From Nitrosomonas sp. (GTDB lineage: Bacteria; Pseudomonadota; Gammaproteobacteria; Burkholderiales; Nitrosomonadaceae), in contig NZ_JAHBZY010000005.1 of the NCBI RefSeq assembly GCF_019635155.1, positions 24,023 to 88,022 of the forward strand: DNA of 64,000 nucleotides. Reading direction: 5' to 3'. Both the position numbers and the translations under genes were made by a program. Shown here one piece after another: positions 42,239 through 52,564 of the stretch. The notes under the pieces are model-generated. The model was not told the origin of the DNA. It worked only from the letters and a program-made list of their open reading frames with translations, and searched no databases. Numbering within the stretch: the first letter of the stretch is position 1; each line of letters starts with the position of its first letter.

Positions 42239-43043
42239 GTTACGTAGTTTAGCTTTATTTCTGGTTATGGGGCTATCAGGTTGCGGATTGTTACCGGACC
42301 GCACGGAAGATCAGGAAGACTGGTCCGCCAATAAATTTTATTCAGAAGCAAAAGATAAATTAAATGATGGTAGTTATCCAGCGGCAATCAAGCTCTATGA
42401 GTCGCTGGAGTCCCGCTATCCTTATGGCCGGATTGCCCAGCAAGCGCAACTGGAAATTGCCTACGCGCATTATAAAAATGAAGAACCGGCATCTGCAATT
42501 GCAGCAGCGGATCGTTTTATTAAGCTGCACCCCAATCATCAGCACGTTGATTATGCTTATTATATCAAAGGATTGGCTAACTTTAACGATAGCTGGGGAA
42601 TGATCAGTTTTCTGATGAAGGGGCCCTTAAAGCAGGATATGAGCGAACGGGATCCCAAGGCATCGTATGAATCGTTTGAGATTTTCAAGGAACTGGTAAC
42701 CCGGTTCCCGGAGAGTAAATATGCCATGGATGCCAGGCAGCGGATGGCTTATTTACTGAATGCCCTGGCGATGGGCGAGATTCATGTGGCGCGTTATTAT
42801 ATGAAGCGTAAAGCTTATATCGCGGCTGCCAATCGGGCGCAAAATGCGGTTAAAGAGTACCCGCGCACACCGGCAACCGAGGAAGCCCTGTATATTATGA
42901 TCAGAGCGTATGAAGCTTTAGAAATGTATGATTTGCGTGATGATGCGGAACGCGTCATGCGAATCAATTTTCCTGATAGCATTTTTCTTGCGGAATTACC
43001 CGAGGTGGGAGGAAAAGCTTGGTGGCAATTCTGGAAAAACTAA
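42237..43043 (+). CDS. bamD: Outer-membrane protein assembly factor BamD
   Basis: Lipobox LSGCG, TPR-like repeats, and the conserved divergent position relative to rluD. Confidence 0.9.
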   Translation: MLRSLALFLVMGLSGCGLLPDRTEDQEDWSANKFYSEAKDKLNDGSYPAAIKLYESLESRYPYGRIAQQAQLEIAYAHYKNEEPASAIAAADRFIKLHPNHQHVDYAYYIKGLANFNDSWGMISFLMKGPLKQDMSERDPKASYESFEIFKELVTRFPESKYAMDARQRMAYLLNALAMGEIHVARYYMKRKAYIAAANRAQNAVKEYPRTPATEEALYIMIRAYEALEMYDLRDDAERVMRINFPDSIFLAELPEVGGKAWWQFWKN

Positions 43044-43055
43044 TAAAGCTGAATT

Positions 43056-43502
43056 CTAAATCGGTTCCTTGATATGGACCGCCAGCACATCACATTCGGC
43101 GTGATATAACACATCCTTAGCCGTGGACCCCATCAACACGGCGAATCCATGCCGCCCATGCGAACCGACAATAATCAGGTCTATTTGTTGTTGAATTGCC
43201 AGCTGCGTGATTTCCTGCTGTGGCTCACCCCAGATAAGCCAACGGCGGGAAGGTGCAATATTAAGCTGATTGCTGATTTTCACTAATTTGTTTTTTTCCT
43301 GTTCCAATAATTCATAGGCTGAATCTTCCGTTAACGGAACGACCGTTCCATAGGGGGTATCGGGCATTGGTATGTTGTCCAATACATGAAGAATATGCAG
43401 GGTGGCATGAAACTGTTCGGCTAGAGCGCTTGCTCTTTGGACGACGAGCTGGTCGTGCTCGGAAAAATCGACAGTGAGTAAAATATTTTGATAATTGAGC
43501 AT
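43056..43502 (-). CDS. Universal stress protein (UspA family)
   Basis: 148 aa; ILLTVDFSEH..., and the ATP-binding-type motif VGSHGRHG...GSTA. Confidence 0.88.
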   Translation of the reverse strand: MLNYQNILLTVDFSEHDQLVVQRASALAEQFHATLHILHVLDNIPMPDTPYGTVVPLTEDSAYELLEQEKNKLVKISNQLNIAPSRRWLIWGEPQQEITQLAIQQQIDLIIVGSHGRHGFAVLMGSTAKDVLYHAECDVLAVHIKEPI

Positions 43503-43705
43503 GTCAGGATATTGGAACGCTTGAAGAAATAATTGAGGCGCACTTTAGCATATCCTGCCGGGATTGCGTCGAACTTTGTAATACCGGTAGGGAAGCGCTG
43601 ATTAATTGCTTGCGCAAGCGATTTGCTATGTTGGGTGATGCTCAGAAACGCGCTATATCCCGTGGCTCGCATCTCATCTTGTGCGGCGAATTAATCAGCG
43701 CTTCT

Positions 43706-44578
43706 TTAGTAATCCTCAGATCGTTTAAGATACTCTGATAAGAATTCGTCCACGCGGTGTTCATATTCTCTTCCGGCATAGGTATGCATATTAAAATGCT
43801 TGGCACCCGGAACAATCCACAGTTCTTTTGGAGCCCTGGCCGAAGCATATAAGCGTTCTGTTTCCGATTGGGTTGTATGGGCATCATGTGTTCCTGAAAT
43901 GAACAGAACGGGTGCGTTAAGGCGATCGATTCGGGCGATCGGATTTAATTCTGCGATAGCGATATCCAGATTGAGCGATAGTTGCCAGAGCATCAACGGC
44001 AGTAATATGCTGCCATAATCTCCAAAATGGAGTTTTAAGCGATTATCGACCGCTTCTTCAAGGGTCGGGTGGAGCGATTCCAGAATCACTGCATTCAATT
44101 TTAGATTTTGCTTGGCAAGTACAATTGCAGCGGCTCCCAGCGACGTACCGATTGCACCGATTCGCTCATTCGGGAAACTCTTCCTCAGAAAATCGACCGA
44201 TGCTTCAATATTTTCGGCTTCTTTCAAGCCGAAAGTAATTTTATCGCCGACGGTTTCACCGTGTCCTTGCAGATCAATGAGTAAAACACTATATCCCTTG
44301 TCTCTAAGAAAACGAGCCCGGCTTAACATCTCTACCCGGTTGCTTCGCATCGAATGCGCCAGAAGCACAGCGCCTTCACCGGGTATTCCTGGAACGAGCC
44401 AGCCATGAACAATGACATTATCCCGGCTTGGGATTTGCACGGACTCAACAGGAAAATCAGCGGAAAGCGCGGAAACCGTAGTGGGCGCCGGTGAAGTCAG
44501 AATCGTTCCAATAGCAAATAAAAGTGAAAATGCGATAAGAATAGCTATAACGAGTTTGAAAATTATGTTGGAGTGCAT
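43706..44578 (-). CDS. Membrane-anchored alpha/beta-fold hydrolase
   Basis: N-terminal TM helix, nucleophile elbow GTSLGAA, and a downstream Asp/His (SGTHDAHT, GAKHFN). Confidence 0.78.
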   Translation of the reverse strand: MHSNIIFKLVIAILIAFSLLFAIGTILTSPAPTTVSALSADFPVESVQIPSRDNVIVHGWLVPGIPGEGAVLLAHSMRSNRVEMLSRARFLRDKGYSVLLIDLQGHGETVGDKITFGLKEAENIEASVDFLRKSFPNERIGAIGTSLGAAAIVLAKQNLKLNAVILESLHPTLEEAVDNRLKLHFGDYGSILLPLMLWQLSLNLDIAIAELNPIARIDRLNAPVLFISGTHDAHTTQSETERLYASARAPKELWIVPGAKHFNMHTYAGREYEHRVDEFLSEYLKRSEDY

Positions 44579-45212
44579 AACAGATGCAAAGTGAATAAAA
44601 AACGCATGATATTGATCGACTGATTCTTGGCTGTCGCCGGTAGCAGTTCTTGCTCAGTTATTTCATAGGATTCTATGACCGGAGTTTAATGGAATAGAAA
44701 TTTATTTTAATAGTTGGATAAGCATAGGTTACTTTTGTTATCTGTCAAAGCTGAGGAATATGGTAGCAGAAACAAGGCAATAAAAATGATAACTAGCAGG
44801 TTTTTCGGTGCTAGTTCGAACATTTGAATTTTGAATCTTTACATACAATGGGCGGAAAGTCGGGAAGGAGCAAACCGGGATAACCCGATAATCGTCACCT
44901 ATTTCGGGGTTATAAGCACTGATGACGGAGTAATTTAGATTGCAAAGAGAGGGCGTTCATTCAGCGGACAAGATAACTGAGCTGAAAATTATGGGAAGCT
45001 GAATGGTAATGCGAAAGCAGTAACCCGCTAAAGTAATAAAATATCTTAGGTAGTGTGGATATATATTACAACTCATTGATAAAAATGCTATATTAGTCAC
45101 TTTTAAAGTGCAACCAGGCAAATGAGAGTTTTGATGAGATTCGGTATCGCTGTTGTTATCGAGGAACCATTTGATTTCAAATATGTTGTTAAGGTCGGAT
45201 ATTTTTGGGTGC

Positions 45213-46880
45213 ATGACTATGGAAAATAAATTACACGATGAATTTCAGGAAAGATTATGTTTGCTGGCTACTACGTTTATCGAAGAGCTACCGGACAAAA
45301 TTAATGAAATCGAAGGATTGTGGAGCAAACTGTTGGGCGAATGGGAGTCGGGCATGCTTCAGGAAATTCATCGCGCCGTCAATAATCTGGCAGGCAGTAG
45401 CAAAACATTCGGTTTTTCGGAATTGAGCATCGAGGCCAGAGTGCTGGAACAGATTTTTAAGAACTTGTTGTTGCAGCAAGTTTCTGCCGATGCGTTTCAA
45501 GCTAACCGGATTTCACAGCAAATCCTGGAGTTGAAGAAAATTTCGGAAGATAAAGAATCCAATCCAATTTTTATCCGGCAAACGATTGCTAATAAAGAAG
45601 CTTTCTTTACGATTCCACAGCCTTCGGATTTGATTTTTGTTGTAAATGCCGATGCTGAAGCCGCAGAGGAATTGGCATTGCAGTTGCGGTATTATGGCTA
45701 TGAAGTGGAAGTTTTTAATCAGTTGGATAAATTTCGCGCAGCGATTTTACAGATACCCAATGCCATCGTACTGATGGAAATAGAATTTCCGGACGATGAA
45801 ATGGCGGGAATTCGTGTCATGGAAGAAGTGCAGCGGGAATTGACGCAACCGGCCCAGGTCATTTTCATTTCGGTTCACGACGGTTTGGATTACCGGCTAG
45901 GTGCAGTACGGGCGGGCGGCTTGGCCTATTTTACCAAACCGTTTAATCCGGTCGAGTTAATCGGCCAGCTTGATCTAATAACAGCCTCGCAAATCCAGGA
46001 TTCTTTCCGCATTCTGCTGGTTGACGATAATCCGACTATTCTGGCCTATAACGCCGCGGTACTGGAGCGGGCCGGCATGACTGTAAAAGCTGTTACGGGA
46101 CCGTCGCAGCTACTTGAAACATTGAATGGCTTCAATCCGGATTTGATTCTGATGGATCTCTATATGCCCGGTTGCAACGGTATTGAACTGGCAAAAGTGA
46201 TCCGGCAAATGGAAGGCTTTATTGCAATTCCTATCGTATATTTATCGTCTGAAAATGATTTCAATACGCAACGTGAAGCAATGAGTTTAGGGGGCGATGA
46301 TTTTCTCGTTAAGCCTGTTTTCTCCCGGCAGTTGATTTCAGCGGTTACATTGCGGGTCATGCGCGCGAGGTCTTTGCGCGCACTGATGGTGCATGATGGT
46401 TTGACAGGCTTACTGAATCATGCGGCGATCAAAGAAGAATTGGTACGCGAAGTGGTGCGCTCCGATCGACTGAATACGCCACTCTCGTTTGCCATGGTGG
46501 ATATTGACTTCATAAAAAAGGTCAATGATTTGCACGGGCACGCCGCAGGTGATCGCGTCGTTAAAAGTTTGGCGAGGTTGTTGAAGCAGCGGTTGCGTGG
46601 TACGGATATCGTGGGGCGCTATGGTGGTGAAGAATTCGCTGTGATCATGAATGATACGGATGCAACATCGGCTGCCAAAGTTATCGATGAAATCCGGCAT
46701 GTTTTTTCACGGCTACTGCACTTAAGCCAGGAGGAGGAATTTTCGGTCAGCTTTAGTTGCGGGATTGCGGATCTCGAACACTTCCCGGATGCCGCGAAAC
46801 TGAGCGAAGCGGCTGAGAAAGCGCTTTTTCATGCCAAGCAGCGCGGACGGAACAAAGTGGTAGTCAATAACGGGGATTAA
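45213..46880 (+). CDS. Hpt - receiver - receiver - GGDEF diguanylate cyclase response regulator
   Basis: Hpt-like HRAVNNLAGSSKTFGF; REC1 is degenerate; REC2 has ILLVDDNPT...LILMDLYMPGCNG...FLVKP; the GGDEF active site is RYGGEEFAV. The start is uncertain (45153 or 45213). Confidence 0.85.
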   Translation: MTMENKLHDEFQERLCLLATTFIEELPDKINEIEGLWSKLLGEWESGMLQEIHRAVNNLAGSSKTFGFSELSIEARVLEQIFKNLLLQQVSADAFQANRISQQILELKKISEDKESNPIFIRQTIANKEAFFTIPQPSDLIFVVNADAEAAEELALQLRYYGYEVEVFNQLDKFRAAILQIPNAIVLMEIEFPDDEMAGIRVMEEVQRELTQPAQVIFISVHDGLDYRLGAVRAGGLAYFTKPFNPVELIGQLDLITASQIQDSFRILLVDDNPTILAYNAAVLERAGMTVKAVTGPSQLLETLNGFNPDLILMDLYMPGCNGIELAKVIRQMEGFIAIPIVYLSSENDFNTQREAMSLGGDDFLVKPVFSRQLISAVTLRVMRARSLRALMVHDGLTGLLNHAAIKEELVREVVRSDRLNTPLSFAMVDIDFIKKVNDLHGHAAGDRVVKSLARLLKQRLRGTDIVGRYGGEEFAVIMNDTDATSAAKVIDEIRHVFSRLLHLSQEEEFSVSFSCGIADLEHFPDAAKLSEAAEKALFHAKQRGRNKVVVNNGD

Positions 46881-46916
46881 GCATCCATAGAAAACGATTC
46901 CGGCGAGCACGGACAA

Positions 46917-47918
46917 TTACCAGCTGTGATCATTACGACGGGTTCGCAATTCGCGAGGTGGTGCAATCGCCGGATCAATTGCAAATTGCTGCTTGCTGAA
47001 ATCGGCGCGTGATCCGGGATCCGGATCAATTTCCTGAATGGATTCGATAACAGCGATACGCGGCGCCAGCCCTGCGGCATTGGCGACTTGAATGGAAAGC
47101 CCCGGCCGCGCATTCAGTTCAATAATCATCGGACCATGATCACGATCCAATACAATGTCGGCTCCCAGATATCCAAGGCCGGTCATTTCATAGCAAGCTG
47201 CCGCCAGTTGCAGCAATTTGTCCCAATGGGGAACCATTAATTCCGAGAAGGTCTTGCGCGTATCCGGATGGAATAATACCGGTTCGCCGTGTTGCACGGC
47301 ATGTAATGCGCTACCGGTTCCCATATCAATTCCGACACCCACGGCACCCTGGTGCAGATTGGCTTTGCCATCGGAAGCGTGCGTGGTGAGCCGCAGCATT
47401 GCCATGATTGGATAACCGCGAAAAACGATAATGCGCAAGTCAGGAATGCCTTCATAACTATAATCAGCGAAAACCGGATCCAACTGAATCAGCGATTCGA
47501 TCATCACCATATCGGGCTTTCCGCCGAGACTATGCAAGCCGCTCAGAATATTCGAAACATGCCGTTCGATGTCATGCAATTGTAATGCATCGCCGCTTGG
47601 CTTGAAGTAGAGATTGTGTTCATGCTCGGTAATAACCAGGATGCCTTTGCCGCCGCTGCCTTTTACCGGCTTAATGACGAACTGGGCATGAGGATCCAAT
47701 ATATCTTTCAGAAGCCTGACATCATGCTGATATTGCACGGTGCCAAGTAATTTCGGTACTGTGATCCCAGCTTGTTGCGCCAGTAATTTGGTTTTTAACT
47801 TGTCGTCGACCAATGGATATAGATGGCGCGGGTTATACCGAGAAATCAGACCAAAATTTCTCTGATTCATACCGATGATGCCGAAGCTCCTAAGTTTCTT
47901 AGCGCTGGCTAGAAGCAT
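46917..47918 (-). CDS. Alpha-L-glutamate ligase-related ATP-grasp protein (RimK-like)
   Basis: ATP-grasp pattern (VIKPVKGSGGKGI, GADIVLD....PMIIELNARPG). The N-terminus SFGIIGMNQRN is typical of the RimK-related family. Confidence 0.82.
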   Translation of the reverse strand: MLLASAKKLRSFGIIGMNQRNFGLISRYNPRHLYPLVDDKLKTKLLAQQAGITVPKLLGTVQYQHDVRLLKDILDPHAQFVIKPVKGSGGKGILVITEHEHNLYFKPSGDALQLHDIERHVSNILSGLHSLGGKPDMVMIESLIQLDPVFADYSYEGIPDLRIIVFRGYPIMAMLRLTTHASDGKANLHQGAVGVGIDMGTGSALHAVQHGEPVLFHPDTRKTFSELMVPHWDKLLQLAAACYEMTGLGYLGADIVLDRDHGPMIIELNARPGLSIQVANAAGLAPRIAVIESIQEIDPDPGSRADFSKQQFAIDPAIAPPRELRTRRNDHSW

Positions 47919-49446
47919 GACGCCGCTCCAGTGCGTGAAAACGATATAGTTCAGATAATCGGTACCCGGTATATTGTCCGAGAATTAAGATAAGCGCCAG
48001 ATTCACCAGCATCAATTCAGGAAAATTGAACGTTAAATACTCGATCGTCCGATTTGTCATGAATAGATAAGCTATCACCGCGGTTAACAAACTGCCGCCA
48101 CCTTGGATAAATACTTCGCGAGGTCCATCTTCTTCCCATAACACGGACATCCGTTCGATGGTCCATGACAGAATGATCATCGGGAAGAAAGTAACGGTCA
48201 TGGCCTGGTCGAGCCCGAGTTTATTGCTGAGTATGCTGATGCTCGCCATAATCGCAATAACGACGATGATGACCGCCGAGATACGCGCGACAAATAACAG
48301 ATTTAAACGCGATAAGTAGGAACGAATCAGAAGCCCGATGCCAACCACGGTCAGAAAGATAAGAATCCCGGTCAGCAAAGTAGTTTGTATTAAGGCAAGT
48401 GCGATCAGTATCGGCATAAAAGTGCCGGAAGTGCGGATGCCGACTAATAGGCGCATGATAACAACGATTAAAGCGCCGATTGGTAACAGTAAAATCATTT
48501 TGAATGCATTTTGCTGTTCGATCGGTAAACTATAAATTGAAAAATCGATGATGCCGGCCTGCTTGTTCATGCTATCGCGAACCACTAGGTTACGGGTTGA
48601 ATGAACATTTTTGATAATTGAAAAAGATATTTGCGAATTTTTACCGCCGACGACATCGAGTAATGATTGGTCGCCACGTTGCCATATCAGAAAATTTTTC
48701 GGTTTGCCGATTTCGCCGGAGTCTTGATTGAAGAGCAACCACTGTCCACCGATGTATACCTCGATAAAATTGACCAGTACTTGTCTGCGGCGTCCATCTT
48801 GCAAATAGAGTCCGCGAACAATGTGCGCGCTGATACCTTCAAGCGCCAGTAAATTGATAATGAGGTGTGTTTTGTATTCTTCGGAGGATTGGTCATTAAG
48901 CAGCAAGCTTTGATTCTGGCCGGGCGCGTTGGAATTGAGGGTGGTAATAAGCTCGCGAGTGAAAGTTTCAGTGTTGGCCGATCGGCTGCGGACTTGATCC
49001 AGAAGCGTGGTCGCTGCTGTTTTAAGTACTTCATCAAACTCCGGTTTTTCCGGTTCGGGTGGAAGATCCGCAGTGCCTTCTTCGGTGATGGAGTCGGTCT
49101 CGTACATACTGAGCCGGTAATAAGCTGTTTGTGAACCGGAAGCCGTTCTTTTGCTCCATTGCGCACGGCGGCCGGTGGGGGAAACTAATTCACTGAATCC
49201 GTAATCAGGGGACGCGAAATCTTCTTCAATAATCGCAATATCCGAAGTTTTGGGTGGCAGGGCGAACGAAACGATAATCGGATCACCGCGCGCAATGAAA
49301 TCGATTTTGGCTTCGATGGTCCAGACCGGTTTTTTGTCATCCGGCGATAATGGAAACCCCAACACGAAGTGCTTATAGAGAATCAAACCGATTCCCAGAC
49401 CGATAAGGAGTATGACGATAAAATATAATCTTAATTTCGTGTGCAT
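47899..49446 (-). CDS. Inactive-transglutaminase-like domain fused to a 7-TM domain (membrane protein of the RimK-related cluster)
   Basis: An N-terminal TM helix, a periplasmic domain of about 300 aa, then 7 hydrophobic helices. The ends overlap both neighbours (20 nt and 1 nt). Confidence 0.68.
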   Translation of the reverse strand: MHTKLRLYFIVILLIGLGIGLILYKHFVLGFPLSPDDKKPVWTIEAKIDFIARGDPIIVSFALPPKTSDIAIIEEDFASPDYGFSELVSPTGRRAQWSKRTASGSQTAYYRLSMYETDSITEEGTADLPPEPEKPEFDEVLKTAATTLLDQVRSRSANTETFTRELITTLNSNAPGQNQSLLLNDQSSEEYKTHLIINLLALEGISAHIVRGLYLQDGRRRQVLVNFIEVYIGGQWLLFNQDSGEIGKPKNFLIWQRGDQSLLDVVGGKNSQISFSIIKNVHSTRNLVVRDSMNKQAGIIDFSIYSLPIEQQNAFKMILLLPIGALIVVIMRLLVGIRTSGTFMPILIALALIQTTLLTGILIFLTVVGIGLLIRSYLSRLNLLFVARISAVIIVVIAIMASISILSNKLGLDQAMTVTFFPMIILSWTIERMSVLWEEDGPREVFIQGGGSLLTAVIAYLFMTNRTIEYLTFNFPELMLVNLALILILGQYTGYRLSELYRFHALERRHASSQR

Positions 49447-50207
49447 TATTTCACATCACCGGTTTCGAGAGTTTCAGTTTTGACGGCAGTAAAATCTTTA
49501 CTAACATCCACAATCGCCAAGTCATTGAGAAAATTCCTGCCGATTAAGACTTGATATTTGAATTTACTGCGATTTTCCAAAGTAAAGTCAATTTGTTCAT
49601 TGATATCAGCAAGAATAACCCGCATTCTGACCACGGGGCGCCGTTGCGCTTCCCTGTCGCCGCGTTCCTTAATGCGGACATGACGGCGCAAGCGTCGGGT
49701 AAGCTCCAGTATTTCACCGGTTTCAGGATGTGTCAGCTTAAAATTCACAAACGGTTTCCCATCTCTCTCGAACTCAACAATATCGATTGCATTCAACGAT
49801 GAAGTTCGCGCACCGGTGTCAATTCTGGCGCTAAATTCCAAACCGGGCGGGTCGAGATACACATTTTCAATACCGCCGATCAGAGTTTTTCCATCCATTT
49901 TTCCAGGAGAATCCGGCTGTGACTGAGTGGTATTGTTGTTATCACAGGAACAGTGGTTGATATTGGTTGAAATTGTATCTTCTTTTGTGCTTGCTAATTT
50001 ATCAGACTGACTCTTTTCCAAGAATTTTCTGGTTTCAACCAGCTCCGAAAATAGATTAACCAGCTCCGATTCCCGATCCCGGATCATCGCTTCCCTCTCC
50101 GATAGTTGATCGTCCCGCGTATTGCAAGCACTGAGTATTGCAATAGCGAGAATGGCGAATAAATGGTTCAGACAATTTCTGGTGATAGATGAATGCGGGA
50201 TGCTCAT
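49446..50207 (-). CDS. Retropepsin-like aspartic endopeptidase (formerly called the 'putative ATP-dependent zinc protease' family; RimB-like) with a lipoprotein signal and coiled coil
   Basis: Lipobox ILSAC, then a coiled-coil region. The C-terminal domain carries the RIDTGARTSSL (D-T-G) motif. Confidence 0.72.
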   Translation of the reverse strand: MSIPHSSITRNCLNHLFAILAIAILSACNTRDDQLSEREAMIRDRESELVNLFSELVETRKFLEKSQSDKLASTKEDTISTNINHCSCDNNNTTQSQPDSPGKMDGKTLIGGIENVYLDPPGLEFSARIDTGARTSSLNAIDIVEFERDGKPFVNFKLTHPETGEILELTRRLRRHVRIKERGDREAQRRPVVRMRVILADINEQIDFTLENRSKFKYQVLIGRNFLNDLAIVDVSKDFTAVKTETLETGDVK

Positions 50208-50317
50208 GAATGAAATTGCACCGTAAATAGTAATAATTTGTTAGAAAGTGAAGTAGGGTTTTGCTGCGTTTGAGATAACCGCTCGGGCAGTTATATATTC
50301 GCTTCGTGCAAAAATTG

Positions 50318-50725
50318 TTACGGATTCTTAAGCTGAATGGTCAATGATTGGTTTTTATAGGTACACGCATAGCGGTGAATTTCCAGGCAATGAGACGTGA
50401 TGGTGATTTGATAGCTGCCGGGTGTTTCGTTTCCGGTTTCAAACTTAAATTCAAATTGACCTTCCGAGTTACTGGGGTAGGATTGATCCGCCAAGGTGGA
50501 GCCATCTGGCCGGGTTACTTTGAAATTCAGCAGTACATCGGCGGTTGCTTGATCGTTATAGTTGACCCAGCCGTGAAGAATGACAGATTCGCCGATGGTA
50601 TATTGTGTTTTAGGACTGATAAGAATAGGTTGCGAGATATGGGTTGCCCATGAATTGGTAATGCCGCCGCTTAGGAGCAGCAAGCTTGTCCACGCGATCA
50701 TGAAAGTTTTTCCGTAGGCCGTCAT
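50318..50725 (-). CDS. Small secreted hypothetical protein, probably Ig-like beta-sandwich
   Basis: A signal peptide (…SGGITNSWA) and beta-rich composition (GSYQITITS). No family recognised. Confidence 0.45.
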   Translation of the reverse strand: MTAYGKTFMIAWTSLLLLSGGITNSWATHISQPILISPKTQYTIGESVILHGWVNYNDQATADVLLNFKVTRPDGSTLADQSYPSNSEGQFEFKFETGNETPGSYQITITSHCLEIHRYACTYKNQSLTIQLKNP

Positions 50726-50788
50726 AATATTTATAATGTATAATTATTTAATAAACAATGAATTGCGATTAATAACTGATTAAAAGTA

Positions 50789-52543
50789 TCATTTCTTTGG
50801 TAAATAAAGATCGGTAATGGTTCCGGTTGCCATTTCAGCCGCAAACAAAACTGTCTCCGACAATGTCGGATGCGGATGGATAGTCAAACCGATATCCTCC
50901 ATGTCGGCGCCCATTTCCAGTGCTAAAACGGTTTCGGCGATGAGTTCACCGGCATTAATACCCGTGATACCGGCACCGAGTATTCGACCTGTCCTGCTAT
51001 CATATAACAACTGCGTGCATCCTTCTTCGCGAGCCATCGAGATGGCGCGGCCACTGGCCGCCCAAGGAAAGCTGGTTTTTTTATAGTCTATTCCTTGCTT
51101 GATCGCTTCTTTTTCGGTCAAACCCATCCAGGCGATTTCAGGGTCGGTATAAGCAACTGAAGGGATGGTGCGTGCATCGAACAATGCTTTGTGGCCGGCA
51201 ATAACTTCGGCAGCCAGTTTTCCTTCGTACGTCGCTTTATGCGCCAGCATCGGTTCACCCGCGATGTCTCCAATCGCAAAAATATGCGGTAAATTGGTGC
51301 GCATTTGAGAATCGACCGGAATAAATCCCCGCTCATTGACTTGGATGCCGATTTCATTGGCACCGATGCTGTGCCCGTTTGGGCGCCGGCCAATTGCCAC
51401 TAAAATTCGATCGTAGGTTTGTTGCGGTGGCGCATTCTCACCTTCGAATGTGACAGTCAAACCCGCTTCTGCCGGGTCAATCCGATTTACTTTGGTTTTG
51501 AGATAAATTGCTTCATAGCGTTTCTTGATGCGGCGGAATAGCGGTTTGACCAAATCGGCATCCGCTCCCGGAATTAATTGATCCATCCATTCAACGACGC
51601 TGATTTTACTTCCCAGCGCATCATAGACGGTTGCCATTTCCAGGCCGATAATGCCGCCGCCGACGATCAGCAACCGCTGCGGAATGTCTGTCAGATTCAG
51701 AGCATCGGTGGAGTCCATTAAGCGCGGATCGTCATACGGAAAACCGGGAATGCGGGTGACACTGGAGCCGGCGGCAATGATGCAGTGGTCGAAAGAGATT
51801 GTTTTAAGCCCATCGGGTGTGGTCACTTCCATCAGATGGGTTGCAATGAATTTTCCAACACCGTGAACGATTTCGACGTTGCGCTGCTTCGCCAATGCTT
51901 TCAATCCCTTGGTTAGTTTGCTTATGACCGATTCCTTCCAGTCGCGCAACTTACCAAGATCGATTTGAGGTTTGCCGAATAAGAGGCCGTGAGACGATAG
52001 CTCCTCCGTTTCGGTGATGATCTTGGCTGCATGTAATAGCGCTTTGGATGGAATGCAGCCGACATTCAGGCACACGCCGCCGAGAACCGGATAACGTTCG
52101 ATCAGGATGACTTTCTTACCCAGATCGGCTGCGCGGAAAGCTGCGGTGTAACCGCCCGGACCGGCACCGAGTACAACGATGTCAGCATGCAAATCACCCG
52201 GTTTGCCTGCTTGTTGCGATCCTGATGGTGTTGAGGATGGCGAAGCTGCTGAATCTCGAAACACGTCGCGTGTAGGGCTTGTTTGGGCGGATGTCACAGG
52301 TTGGGCAACCGCTAAAGTCAGAATCACCGATCCTTCCGAAACTTTATCGCCAACGCGTACAAGAATATCCTGCACGATTCCCGCTTGGGGAGAAGGCACT
52401 TCCATTGAGGCTTTATCGGTTTCCAGCGTAAGTAGTGACGTTTCTTTTTCAACAGTATCGCCAGACGATACCAGTACTTCGATAACCGGCACATCTTTGA
52501 AATCACCGATATCGGGAATCTTTACTTCAATCATTTGTGCCAT
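50789..52543 (-). CDS. lpdA: Dihydrolipoyl dehydrogenase (E3) with an N-terminal lipoyl-attachment domain
   Basis: Lipoyl motif [13 protein letters not shown], an Ala/Pro/Ser-rich linker, FAD fold [13 protein letters not shown], and the redox disulfide [16 protein letters not shown]. Confidence 0.93.
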   Translation of the reverse strand: MAQMIEVKIPDIGDFKDVPVIEVLVSSGDTVEKETSLLTLETDKASMEVPSPQAGIVQDILVRVGDKVSEGSVILTLAVAQPVTSAQTSPTRDVFRDSAASPSSTPSGSQQAGKPGDLHADIVVLGAGPGGYTAAFRAADLGKKVILIERYPVLGGVCLNVGCIPSKALLHAAKIITETEELSSHGLLFGKPQIDLGKLRDWKESVISKLTKGLKALAKQRNVEIVHGVGKFIATHLMEVTTPDGLKTISFDHCIIAAGSSVTRIPGFPYDDPRLMDSTDALNLTDIPQRLLIVGGGIIGLEMATVYDALGSKISVVEWMDQLIPGADADLVKPLFRRIKKRYEAIYLKTKVNRIDPAEAGLTVTFEGENAPPQQTYDRILVAIGRRPNGHSIGANEIGIQVNERGFIPVDSQMRTNLPHIFAIGDIAGEPMLAHKATYEGKLAAEVIAGHKALFDARTIPSVAYTDPEIAWMGLTEKEAIKQGIDYKKTSFPWAASGRAISMAREEGCTQLLYDSRTGRILGAGITGINAGELIAETVLALEMGADMEDIGLTIHPHPTLSETVLFAAEMATGTITDLYLPKK

Positions 52544-52564
52544 GATGACCTTTAATGGGTGTGT

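Noticed and set aside
44840-44925. Suspected c-di-GMP (GEMM-I) riboswitch, because GCAAACC and GGAAAG occur upstream of a GGDEF gene
   Set aside because: The conserved ACGCAAAGC core and the paired P1/P2 architecture are absent. The similarity is limited to a heptamer.
44957-45214. 85-aa minus-strand ORF in the AT-rich spacer
   Set aside because: It has no RBS and AT-rich, codon-poor sequence with no motif. It is kept only as a note under the intergenic-region finding.
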